In this document: positions 48,954-58,232 of the stretch, piece after piece | How positions within the stretch are numbered: the stretch's first letter is position 1 | Layout: each line of letters begins with the position of its first letter | Source of the DNA: an uncultured Candidatus Saccharibacteria bacterium | Lineage (GTDB): Bacteria > Patescibacteriota > Minisyncoccia > Phycocordibacterales > UBA9973 | Length of the DNA: 64,000 nt | Direction of reading: 5' to 3' | NCBI GenBank assembly: GCA_964432275.1 | Contig: CAYSMH010000003.1 | Location: 6,718 to 70,717, forward strand | The notes under the pieces: model-generated | Seen by the model: the letters and a program-made list of their open reading frames with translations, nothing else | Database searches by the model: none | What the model was told of the DNA's origin: nothing | Translations under genes and position numbers: made by a program

Positions 48954-49259
48954 ATGTCTGACAAAGAATTTCTTGAATTTACTGTAAAAGCATTGGTTGA
49001 CAATCCTGCTGATGTGGTGATCGACCGTACTGTAGATGAAATGGGTGTACTTTTGACACTTTCCGTCAATCAAAACGATATGGGTAAGATCATTGGCCGC
49101 CAAGGTAACACTGCCAAGGCAATACGTACACTCTTGCGTGTAGTAGGTATGAAGCACAATGCTCGGGTGAATCTCAAGATCAATGAACCGGTAGGGTACA
49201 AAGGGCAACCAGGTGTTGCAGATCTTGATGATGCAATGGCAGATCTCAAGGATTTGTAA
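48954..49259 (+). CDS. khpA: KH-domain RNA-binding protein KhpA (UPF0109/YlqC)
   Basis: GKIIGRQGNTAKAIRTLL KH motif, in the conserved position downstream of rpsP. Confidence 0.8.
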   Translation: MSDKEFLEFTVKALVDNPADVVIDRTVDEMGVLLTLSVNQNDMGKIIGRQGNTAKAIRTLLRVVGMKHNARVNLKINEPVGYKGQPGVADLDDAMADLKDL

Positions 49260-49270
49260 TGTTTTACAAG

Positions 49271-49298
49271 AAAAACCGGACCTTCTAGGTCCGGTTTT
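49271..49298 (+). terminator. Rho-independent terminator (AAAACCGGACC/GGTCCGGTTTT)
   Basis: Perfect 11-bp stem plus a T-run after khpA. Confidence 0.65.
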
Positions 49299-49355
49299 GA
49301 CATATATGGAAAAAGTGGTAGGCTAACAAAAACGATATTTTTTAACTTTTAAATA

Positions 49356-49685
49356 GTGATCTTTATGAAAAAAATAGTGTTAATGGTGTTTTTCACGATC
49401 GCGCTAAGTCAGCAGTCGTGTAATGTACTCCGGCCATATTGCGTGAATGGACCTTTTCAACCAGACACATTTGTTGTTACGAGCCTTGCTTTTGATCGAC
49501 TATATCCGTACGCGTATATGGTAAATGATCAATATTACTGCGGGTGTGATCAATCAATCCCTTTTTCGTATAGCAACAGATGGCCCAACTATTGGGTGAT
49601 ACGAAATAGAATTCAAACACAAGGCTATGCCATTGTGTATCGTCATTTTGATCCGTGGTGGGGAGGATATGTTCTTTCATATTAA
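49356..49685 (+). CDS. Small secreted Cys-rich hypothetical protein
   Basis: Signal peptide and six cysteines. Weak support. Confidence 0.3.
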   Translation: MIFMKKIVLMVFFTIALSQQSCNVLRPYCVNGPFQPDTFVVTSLAFDRLYPYAYMVNDQYYCGCDQSIPFSYSNRWPNYWVIRNRIQTQGYAIVYRHFDPWWGGYVLSY

Positions 49686-49775
49686 TTTCTCAACGCTTCC
49701 GAAGGTATATTCGGTAAGCGTTTTTTATTTTGACTTTTAAATGTGGATGGCATAAGGTAGTAAAAATAGTAAATT

Positions 49776-50105
49776 ATGTACACGTTTATTCTCAGTCTAA
49801 AAGAACAACAAGTATTACAATTGATATGTGAAGACCATACAACTAAGGAGATAGGAAAAATCTGCAATATGAGTGGTAGAACTGTAGAGCACTATCGGTC
49901 GAATTTGAGAAAAGTTTTTAATGTAAAAACAATATCAGGCTTAGTGTATAAAGCTGTGAAGTTTGATTATTATCAAATAAACAATACAGTTCAAAGCGAT
50001 CTTGTTTTAATACTTTTTCATAAAATAGATCCTAAAATGTTACCTCCTGAACGTGCTGAAAATATTAAGAAAAAGCTTGAGGGTTTGCTTAGTCTTTTTT
50101 CGTAA
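49776..50105 (+). CDS. LuxR/GerE-type HTH transcriptional regulator (stand-alone DNA-binding domain)
   Basis: LKEQQVLQLICEDHTTKEIGKICNMSGRTVEHYRSNLRKVF matches the LuxR-type HTH. Confidence 0.6.
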   Translation: MYTFILSLKEQQVLQLICEDHTTKEIGKICNMSGRTVEHYRSNLRKVFNVKTISGLVYKAVKFDYYQINNTVQSDLVLILFHKIDPKMLPPERAENIKKKLEGLLSLFS

Positions 50106-50191
50106 TCAATGTAAAAAAGTTGTATGAGTACTGAAAACAGCAGAAATTTCTGCTGTTTTGACTTTTTATATAAATATTGTATTGTTATATT

Positions 50192-50836
50192 ATGAAATTC
50201 CATTTTCTCACCATTTTTCCAGAAATGATCAACTCCTATATAGGCGAGAGTATTTTGAAGCGGGCTGCTGATAAAAAGATTGTATCGTTTGATGTGAAAA
50301 ATATTCGTGACTATTCCAAAGATCGTCACAACAAGACTGATGATCGTCCATATGGTGGTGGGCCTGGCATGGTCATGACACCGGAGCCGATACTCAATGC
50401 TTTTACTAAGCTTAAAACAAAAAAAGATGGCAAGGTAAAAGTCATTCAGCTTTCTCCCAGTGGTAAATTATTTGATAATGCAACCGCAAAGAAGTTTGCA
50501 AAGACGTACACCGACATTGTGTTTGTCTGTGGGCGTTATGAGGGGGTAGATGATCGTGTACGCAAAATATTGCGAGCAGATGAATACAGTATAGGACCAT
50601 ACACACTTACAGGTGGAGAGCTCCCAGCGCTTGCTATGACTGATGCTATAGCACGCCAGATCCCCGGAGTACTAGGTAAAGGGGAGTCAGTAGAAGAGAG
50701 TCGCATCGCGAGTCCTCGGGTGTACACTCGCCCAGAAAGCTTGATATATAAGGCTAAAAAGTATCGCGTGCCCAAGGTTCTGACTACCGGTGATCACAAG
50801 AAAATCGACGAATGGAGAAAAAAGCAGCAGAAATAG
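50192..50836 (+). CDS. trmD: tRNA (guanine37-N1)-methyltransferase TrmD
   Basis: MKFHFLTIFPEM N-terminus, GRYEGVDDR and SPOUT knot motifs. Confidence 0.85.
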   Translation: MKFHFLTIFPEMINSYIGESILKRAADKKIVSFDVKNIRDYSKDRHNKTDDRPYGGGPGMVMTPEPILNAFTKLKTKKDGKVKVIQLSPSGKLFDNATAKKFAKTYTDIVFVCGRYEGVDDRVRKILRADEYSIGPYTLTGGELPALAMTDAIARQIPGVLGKGESVEESRIASPRVYTRPESLIYKAKKYRVPKVLTTGDHKKIDEWRKKQQK

Positions 50837-50898
50837 GAAAGTATTGACTTTTATATCAATATATGTTAATATACATTCAAACCTTAAATCGATAGTAT

Positions 50899-51177
50899 AT
50901 GTCAAATAGAGATAGAAAATATTTTAAAAAATTAATAATAAAAGCAACAGGACCACTGTCTGTTGTACCGCCACCTGCAAAGGTTATTGTGCACCCAAGT
51001 GTGCATATAGAACCCACTGCAAAACCAGTGGATACCACAGATCCTTCAGATATGATCCCGTCAAAACCCAGTCTGTCAGAGCAAATGCGTGCCAGATACG
51101 AGTTATTCATGAACGATTGCCGTTCGATAGACCGCCGGGTTGATCTTTCAAAACAAAAATATACCGAGGGGGAGTAA
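50899..51177 (+). CDS. Small Pro-rich hypothetical protein
   Basis: 92-aa ORF, weak. Confidence 0.25.
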   Translation: MSNRDRKYFKKLIIKATGPLSVVPPPAKVIVHPSVHIEPTAKPVDTTDPSDMIPSKPSLSEQMRARYELFMNDCRSIDRRVDLSKQKYTEGE

Positions 51178-51206
51178 GCCAGATATGAGTACTTTGTGTT
51201 CATATC

Positions 51207-51240
51207 GAAGCCGTTTCGTTTACGAAGCGGCTTTTTTATT
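51207..51240 (+). terminator. Strong hairpin plus T-run ~155 nt upstream of rpoB (terminator of the upstream gene and/or rpoB leader attenuator)
   Basis: 12-bp stem GAAGCCGTTTCG/CGAAGCGGCTTT with loop TTTA, followed by TTTTTATT. Confidence 0.55.
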
Positions 51241-51393
51241 GACATACCTATATCTCTTTGGTACACTGCAATCCCTACAGATTACGGAAGAGTTGCGATT
51301 GATTGCTGTATTTTATTAGACGAGAGAGATAGAAAGCCTCCACCACAATGGTCGGATGGCGATTTTTGCGTTTATATACATTTTATATTACCC

Positions 51394-54300
51394 ATGAGTA
51401 AGACAAAACCTACGTCAACAAAGCGTCCAAAAAAGTATTTTTCTAAATACAAAGAACCATTGGTCGAATTTCCTAACCTTATTCAACACCAGATTGACTC
51501 GTACAACTGGTTGATCGAAAAAGGACTTAAAGAAGTTTTTAAGGAATTTACTCCAATCAACGATTACTCAGGCAAGAAGTTTCAGCTCGATTTGGTTTCA
51601 TTTCATTTGACACCACCGACATACGATGAACACTATGCCAAAGAAAACAAGCTTTCACTCGAAACAGCACTCAAGGCTCGCATCAAACTAACCAACAAAC
51701 AAACAGGATCTGAAAAAGAGCAAGAAATCTTTCTCTCTGATATTCCTGTGATGACCAATCATGGTACGTTCATCATCAATGGTGTTGAGCGATCTCTCAT
51801 TCCGCAACTCTCTCGTTCAAGTGGTGTATTTTTTACCGAGCTTGAAATAAAAGGCAAGCGGTTTTTCGGTGCAAAGATCATCCCAAACCGTGGTGTTTGG
51901 ATTGAGATAGAATCTGATCCGTCAGGTGAAGTATTTGTTCGTATCGACAAGAAGCGTAAGTTCTCTGTGATGACACTTTTGCGAGCTCTAGGACTTACCG
52001 AAGACGAACAGATTCTCAAGCAGTTCAAGGGTGAGACTGCGCAAGCGATCATCAAGGCTGCTATCGAAAAAGACCCTGTCAAAGATCAGGCAACTGCATT
52101 TGTTGAAATATATCGTAAGCTTCGTGATGGTGACCTCGCCAACGCCGACAACGCACGAGAGTTCGTCAACACACTCTTTGGAGACGAACGCTACGACCTC
52201 TCACAAGTTGGACGCTTCCGTTTCAACAAGCGTTTTGAGCTTGATATGAGCGACAAAGAAATGAATCGCAAGACACTCTCTGCTGCTGATATTGCAGTGA
52301 TTATTGCGCATATCATTCACCTCAACACTACTCCTGGCAGTCACCCAGACGACATCGACAACCTCTCATCACGACGCGTACGTTTTGTTGGTGAGCTCTT
52401 GCAATCCAAAATTCACATGGGCTTCACCCAGATCAAACGCAACGTGCAAGATCGTATGAGTACGATTGATGCATCTAATGCGCTCCCGATCCAGGTCGTC
52501 AACCAGCGACCATTGCAGGCTCGTATCAAAGAGTTCTTTACGACCAACCAACTTTCGCAGTTTATGGCGCAAGACAACATTCTCTCAGAGATTGAAGAGC
52601 TCCGTACAGTATCAGCACTTGGTCCAGGAGGACTGACTCGAGAGCGTGCCACACTTGAAGTACGCGATGTACACACTTCTCACTATGGTCGTGTGTGTCC
52701 CATTCACACTCCTGAAGGTCCAAACATCGGTTTGATTTTGCGTCTTGCTATTTATGCGCGAGTTAATGAGTTTGGTATTATCGAAACTCCATATGCAAAA
52801 GTAAAAGGAGGTAAAATCACTGATGAAATCGTGTACTTGAACGCAGCTGAAGAAGAAAAGTACATCATTGCACACGCAGGTATGCGTCAAGACAGTAGTA
52901 TGCTTCCTGACCGTGTTGAAGCTCGTATTCGTACATCACCAGGGATTGTTGATAAAAAAGATGTCGATTTTATTGATGTTGCACCAAACCAAGCGTTTTC
53001 TGTTGCGACCTCTATGGTGCCGTTTCTTGAACACAACGATGCAAACCGTGCATTGATGGGTAGTAACATGCAAAAGCAGGCAGTCCCAGTTATTCGTCCA
53101 GAAGCTCCGCTTGTGGCAACTGGCATGGAAGAACTCGCGGCTCCATACTCAGGACGTCTCGTAATAGCAGAAGAATCTGGTGAAGTAGTGGCAGTAGATG
53201 CAACAAAAGTTTCTATCAAAAATGATAAGACAGGCAAAGATCATATCTACTCACTTGTTAACTTCCAACGAACCAACTCATTCAACGCATTTCACCAGCG
53301 ACCAGTGGTCTCTCTCGGACAAAAAGTAAAGAAGGGTGACCTACTCGCTGACACATCTACAACTGATCAAGGGCAAATAGCGCTCGGACAAAACATGCGT
53401 GTTGCATTTATGTCATGGAACGGTAACAACTTCGAAGATGCGATCATTCTTTCTGAGCGATTGATCAAGGATTCCAAGTTCACTTCTATGTATATCGCAG
53501 AATTTACCTGTGTTGTACGCGATACTAAGCTTGGTCCAGAAATCACTACTCGTGATATTCCCAATGTTGGTGAAGCACGACTCAAAGATCTTGATGAAGA
53601 AGGTATTATTCGTGTTGGTGCAGAAGTAAAAGAAGGAGATATATTGGTCGGGAAAATCACTCCAAAGGGTGAGACAGAACTCACTCCAGAAGAACGACTT
53701 CTCCGAAGTATCTTTGCTGAGAAGGCACGTGATGTGAAAGATACATCGCTGAAAATGGATCACGGAAAACGGGGTCGTATCATTCGCGTCAAAGTATTCT
53801 CACGTGAACACGGACACACCCTTGAAAGTGGCGTTCTGAAAAAAATCGTGATTGAAGTTGCACAGCTTCGAAACATTTCAGTCGGTGACAAGCTCGCAGG
53901 ACGACACGGAAACAAAGGTGTTATTTCGGTTGTACTTCCTGAAGAAGACATGCCATACATGGCAGATGGTACACCAGTAGATGTGGTGCTTACTCCGTTG
54001 GGTGTTCCATCTCGTATGAACCTTGGACAAATTCTTGAAGTTCACTTGGGACTTGCAGCGCATGAGTTGGGCTACCAAGCAATCGTGCCACCATTTAGTG
54101 GTGCAACTGACGCTGAGATCAAGGCAGAACTCGTCACTGCAGGACTTCCAGAAAACGGTCTTGTACCACTATATGACGGTCGTACCGGAGAAAAGTATGA
54201 ACAAGATATTGCAGTAGGGTACATGTACATCTTGAAACTTCACCACATGGTAGAAGACAAGATTCACATGCGAAGTATTGGTCCATACTCTTTGATTACA

Positions 54301-54600
54301 CAGCAGCCACTCGGTGGTAAGGCACAAGGTGGAGGTCAGCGTTTCGGAGAAATGGAGGTCTGGGCATTGGAAGGATATGGTGCCGCGCACACACTTCGCG
54401 AAATGCTTACAATCAAGTCTGACGACATTCGCGGACGTGCAGCAACCTTTGATTCAATCATCAAAGGAGAACCGATTCGTGAGCCAAACACTCCCGCATC
54501 GTTTATGGTGATGTTGAACTATCTCCGTGGACTTGCGCTTGATGTCGAACTCAACTCGTCACATACACCATTATCAGCGGATGAAGAAATAACTGCATAA
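51394..54600 (+). CDS. rpoB: DNA-directed RNA polymerase subunit beta
   Basis: Full-length collinear RpoB motifs (rifampicin cluster region, GDKLAGRHGNKGV, NADFDGD-partner regions). Start chosen at MSKTKPTSTKRPKK; the ORF-track 5' extension is rejected. Confidence 0.95.
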   Translation: MSKTKPTSTKRPKKYFSKYKEPLVEFPNLIQHQIDSYNWLIEKGLKEVFKEFTPINDYSGKKFQLDLVSFHLTPPTYDEHYAKENKLSLETALKARIKLTNKQTGSEKEQEIFLSDIPVMTNHGTFIINGVERSLIPQLSRSSGVFFTELEIKGKRFFGAKIIPNRGVWIEIESDPSGEVFVRIDKKRKFSVMTLLRALGLTEDEQILKQFKGETAQAIIKAAIEKDPVKDQATAFVEIYRKLRDGDLANADNAREFVNTLFGDERYDLSQVGRFRFNKRFELDMSDKEMNRKTLSAADIAVIIAHIIHLNTTPGSHPDDIDNLSSRRVRFVGELLQSKIHMGFTQIKRNVQDRMSTIDASNALPIQVVNQRPLQARIKEFFTTNQLSQFMAQDNILSEIEELRTVSALGPGGLTRERATLEVRDVHTSHYGRVCPIHTPEGPNIGLILRLAIYARVNEFGIIETPYAKVKGGKITDEIVYLNAAEEEKYIIAHAGMRQDSSMLPDRVEARIRTSPGIVDKKDVDFIDVAPNQAFSVATSMVPFLEHNDANRALMGSNMQKQAVPVIRPEAPLVATGMEELAAPYSGRLVIAEESGEVVAVDATKVSIKNDKTGKDHIYSLVNFQRTNSFNAFHQRPVVSLGQKVKKGDLLADTSTTDQGQIALGQNMRVAFMSWNGNNFEDAIILSERLIKDSKFTSMYIAEFTCVVRDTKLGPEITTRDIPNVGEARLKDLDEEGIIRVGAEVKEGDILVGKITPKGETELTPEERLLRSIFAEKARDVKDTSLKMDHGKRGRIIRVKVFSREHGHTLESGVLKKIVIEVAQLRNISVGDKLAGRHGNKGVISVVLPEEDMPYMADGTPVDVVLTPLGVPSRMNLGQILEVHLGLAAHELGYQAIVPPFSGATDAEIKAELVTAGLPENGLVPLYDGRTGEKYEQDIAVGYMYILKLHHMVEDKIHMRSIGPYSLITQQPLGGKAQGGGQRFGEMEVWALEGYGAAHTLREMLTIKSDDIRGRAATFDSIIKGEPIREPNTPASFMVMLNYLRGLALDVELNSSHTPLSADEEITA

Positions 54601-54607
54601 CTCGTAT

Positions 54608-57600
54608 ATGAAAACACTTGATACAACAAATTTTGATTCTATTGTCTTGAAACTCGCGAGCCCAGAACGCATCCGCGAATGGTCATTCGGTGAAGTTACC
54701 AAGCCAGAGACGATCAACTACCGAACCTCACGATCAGAACGAGGAGGGCTCTTTGATGAGCGTATCTTTGGGCCTGAGAAAGACTACGAATGTTACTGTG
54801 GTAAATACAAGCGTATCCGATACGCAGGTATTGTCTGTGAAAAATGTCAGGTTGAAGTCACGCAGTCTATCGTTCGTCGTGAACGTATGGGACATATCGA
54901 ACTTGCAAGTCCTGTTGCACACATTTGGTTCCTTCGTGGTGTACCATCACGCATGAGTATTTTGCTCAACGTCTCACTCGCAGATCTTGAAAAGGTTGTG
55001 TACTTTGCAGGGTATATCATCACCGCAGTACATGAAGATGAGCGTGCGCGCGTAGTAGCAGACCTTGAAGCAGAGTTTAAAAACAAACTCAAAAACGCTG
55101 CTGATGAAGAAACTCGTGAGAAACTTCGTACACTACTTGCCAACACAAAAAAAGAAATTGCAGAAATCCGTGTAGGTAAAGTACTCAACGAACTTTCATA
55201 CCACCATTTCTCCCTTAAGTATGGTTCATCATTTGAAGCAAACATTGGTGCAGAAGCAGTGTTTCAACTGTTTCAGCAAATGGATCTTGAGAAGCTCAAG
55301 GCTCAGACCGAGAAATCTCTCGAAAAGACAAGTGCTGCAGAACGTGAGAAGTTGCAAAAGCGTCTTTCACTCTTGCGCTCTATGATCTACTCCAAGATTC
55401 GTCCTGAATGGATGTTTCTCTCGGTAATCCCCGTGATCCCTCCAGCGATCCGACCAATGGTTGCGCTCGAAGGTGGACGACATGCGACCTCTGACATCAA
55501 CGACCTCTATCGTCGTGTGATCAACCGCAACAACCGTCTCAAGAAACTCAAAGAAATCGGCGCACCAGATGTGATCTTGCGTAACGAAAAGCGTATCTTG
55601 CAAGAAGCAGTCGATGCACTCATCGACAACTCCATCGCAGGTCAAGATTCTCCTGCAATGTCACAAGCACAGCGACGTGCATTGAAATCTTTGTCTGATA
55701 ACTTGAAATCAAAGCAAGGATTGTTCCGACAAAACCTTCTTGGTAAGCGTGTGGACTACTCAGCTCGATCAGTGATCGTCGTTGGACCTCAGCTACGTTT
55801 GAATCAGTGTGGGTTGCCCAAGCATATGGCACTAGAACTTTTCCGACCATTTGTGATCTCCAAGATCATCGCTCGAGAACTCGCGTACAACATTCGCGGT
55901 GCTAACAAGCTCATCGAGGACGGAATCCCAGAAGTGTGGGCTATTCTTGAAGAAGTAATTCAGGGCAAATACGTTATGCTCAACCGTGCACCGACATTGC
56001 ACCGTCTTGGTATTCAGGCGTTTATGCCGGTACTGATCGAAGGTAACGCGATCCAAGTGCACCCGCTCGTTTGTCCTGCGTTCAACGCTGACTTCGACGG
56101 TGACCAGATGGGTGTCTACTTGCCACTTTCTGAAGCTTCACAAGCAGAAGCAAAAAACCTCATTGCTGCTGACAAAAACCTCTTGAAACCACAAAATGGT
56201 GATCCTATTGTTTCTTCGAAACTTCTCGATATCGTACTTGGATGTTATTGGATGACATCATCTGTTGATGGTGAAAAAGGTGAAGGAATGTACTTTGCAA
56301 GTCCTAATGAAGCTATTCTTGCAACAGATCACAACATCGTTTCGTACCGTGCCAAGATAAACGTACTTGGTACACGCAATGAAAAATATGAAGTATTTGG
56401 CGGAAAGCCATTTGAAACTACGGTCGGACGACTCTTGTTCAATGCTATTTTGCCTGCAGACTTCCCATACATGAACGAAGAAATGACATCAAAGAAAATG
56501 GTTGTTATCGTCGACAATCTCATTTCCAAGTATGGTGTTGATCCGATCGCTGCTATCTTGGACCGTATCAAAACATTTGGGTACAAATATGCAACGAAAA
56601 GTGGTGTTAGTTGGGGTATCGACAACGTGATTGTTCCTACAGAAAAACCAGCAATCATTGCAAAACACCGCGCAATGGAAGAAGAAGTGAAAGCTCAATT
56701 TGAAGAAGGTTTGCTTTCAGAAGAAGAACGATATCAAAATGTGCTTACTATCTGGAACAAAGCAAAGGCTGAGATCGAAAAAGTATTGCCTAACACAATT
56801 GCTAAGCACTCATCTGTCTATGACATGATTACTTCTGGTGCTCGAGGTACAGTCTCCAACGTAACGCAGATGGCGGGTATGAAAGGGTTGATTCAAAACA
56901 CGACTGGTCGTACGATCGACTTCCCGATTATTCCATCATACAAAGAAGGTCTTTCTCCGCTAGAGTACTTCATTACTACCCACGGTTCTCGTAAGGGTCT
57001 TGCTGACACTGCGCTCAACACTGCTCGTGCCGGGTACCTTACTCGTCGTCTTGTCGATGTCGCACAAGATGTGATTGTTACCGAAGATGATTGTGGTACC
57101 AAGAGCTCAAAGCGTGTCACCAAAGAAGTCATTTCAGGATTTGAGATCCCATTGTCTAAAAACATTCGTGGCCGTGTACTTGCCAAAGAAATAGTACTTC
57201 CTGATGGAACTACTATGTTCAAGCGTGGACACCTTATCACTCGTGATGAAGCACTCGAAGTAGAAGCACGTGGTGCAACCGAAGTATTTATTCGAACACC
57301 AATGATTTGTAAAACTGTATACGGTATCTGCCGACAGTGTTATGGTCTTGATCTTGGACGAAATGAGTTGGTAGAAAACGGCGCATCAGTTGGTATTGTT
57401 GCAGCGCAAGCGATCGGTGAACCAGGAACTCAGTTGACCCTTCGTACATTCCACGCCGGAGGTGTGGCGGGTGTTGACATTACCCAAGGTCTTCCTCGTG
57501 TCGAAGAAATCTTTGAACGACGTGATGTGAAAAACCCTGCTGTTGTTGCCAAGTATTCAGGTATGGTTAGTGAGATCAAGGACAACGGCGCTGAAAAGAT

Positions 57601-58231
57601 TATTTCAGTTATGTCTGAAAAATCTGAAACATCCAAAGAAAGTGTTGACTACACGATCAACCCACGTCGTATGCCTATCGTAAAGGTAGGGCAAGAAATA
57701 CAAAAAGGTGACTTGCTTACTGATGGTTCTGCAAACATTGATGAGGTATATCAGTACGGTGGCAAAGAAGCTGCAGAAGATTACATCATTCGCGAAATCA
57801 GTAAGGTGTACGAACTCCAAGGTGCATCGATTGCTCGTAAACATCTTGAGATTATCATTCGTCAAATGTTCTCACGCCGCAAGATCAAAGAAGCAGGGGA
57901 CACTTCATTCTCTCCTGGTGAAATCGTAGAAATGACTGAACTTCTTGAAGAGAATGGCAATATGAAGGCGCAAGGACTTCGTGAAGCAAAAGCAGATCTC
58001 ATTATCCTTGGTATTACACAGACCGCACTCCATGCCAAGAGTTGGATCTCAGCTGCCTCATTCCAAAATACTAACCGAGTTCTTATTCAAAACGCGGTTA
58101 AGGGTGGAGTAGATAACCTACGTGGTCTCAAGGAAAACGTTACTGTTGGACGATTGATCCCTGCGGGTACCGGATTTAAAGACCGCAAGGCACTTGCCGT
58201 CAACAAAGACGAAAACCGAGAACAAGAATAA
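54608..58231 (+). CDS. rpoC: DNA-directed RNA polymerase subunit beta'
   Basis: Zinc-binding CxxC motifs (CYCGKYKRIRYAGIVCEKC) and NADFDGDQM catalytic motif. Confidence 0.95.
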   Translation: MKTLDTTNFDSIVLKLASPERIREWSFGEVTKPETINYRTSRSERGGLFDERIFGPEKDYECYCGKYKRIRYAGIVCEKCQVEVTQSIVRRERMGHIELASPVAHIWFLRGVPSRMSILLNVSLADLEKVVYFAGYIITAVHEDERARVVADLEAEFKNKLKNAADEETREKLRTLLANTKKEIAEIRVGKVLNELSYHHFSLKYGSSFEANIGAEAVFQLFQQMDLEKLKAQTEKSLEKTSAAEREKLQKRLSLLRSMIYSKIRPEWMFLSVIPVIPPAIRPMVALEGGRHATSDINDLYRRVINRNNRLKKLKEIGAPDVILRNEKRILQEAVDALIDNSIAGQDSPAMSQAQRRALKSLSDNLKSKQGLFRQNLLGKRVDYSARSVIVVGPQLRLNQCGLPKHMALELFRPFVISKIIARELAYNIRGANKLIEDGIPEVWAILEEVIQGKYVMLNRAPTLHRLGIQAFMPVLIEGNAIQVHPLVCPAFNADFDGDQMGVYLPLSEASQAEAKNLIAADKNLLKPQNGDPIVSSKLLDIVLGCYWMTSSVDGEKGEGMYFASPNEAILATDHNIVSYRAKINVLGTRNEKYEVFGGKPFETTVGRLLFNAILPADFPYMNEEMTSKKMVVIVDNLISKYGVDPIAAILDRIKTFGYKYATKSGVSWGIDNVIVPTEKPAIIAKHRAMEEEVKAQFEEGLLSEEERYQNVLTIWNKAKAEIEKVLPNTIAKHSSVYDMITSGARGTVSNVTQMAGMKGLIQNTTGRTIDFPIIPSYKEGLSPLEYFITTHGSRKGLADTALNTARAGYLTRRLVDVAQDVIVTEDDCGTKSSKRVTKEVISGFEIPLSKNIRGRVLAKEIVLPDGTTMFKRGHLITRDEALEVEARGATEVFIRTPMICKTVYGICRQCYGLDLGRNELVENGASVGIVAAQAIGEPGTQLTLRTFHAGGVAGVDITQGLPRVEEIFERRDVKNPAVVAKYSGMVSEIKDNGAEKIISVMSEKSETSKESVDYTINPRRMPIVKVGQEIQKGDLLTDGSANIDEVYQYGGKEAAEDYIIREISKVYELQGASIARKHLEIIIRQMFSRRKIKEAGDTSFSPGEIVEMTELLEENGNMKAQGLREAKADLIILGITQTALHAKSWISAASFQNTNRVLIQNAVKGGVDNLRGLKENVTVGRLIPAGTGFKDRKALAVNKDENREQE

Positions 58232-58232
58232 T

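Noticed and set aside
51196-51393. 66-codon N-terminal extension of rpoB suggested by the ORF track
   Set aside because: The extension runs through a strong terminator hairpin and has no homology. The conserved RpoB N-terminus begins at the ATG at 51394.
52369-57865. Numerous 60-130-aa ORFs on both strands inside rpoB and rpoC
   Set aside because: They are embedded in and mostly antisense to two highly conserved essential genes. They are typical shadow ORFs.
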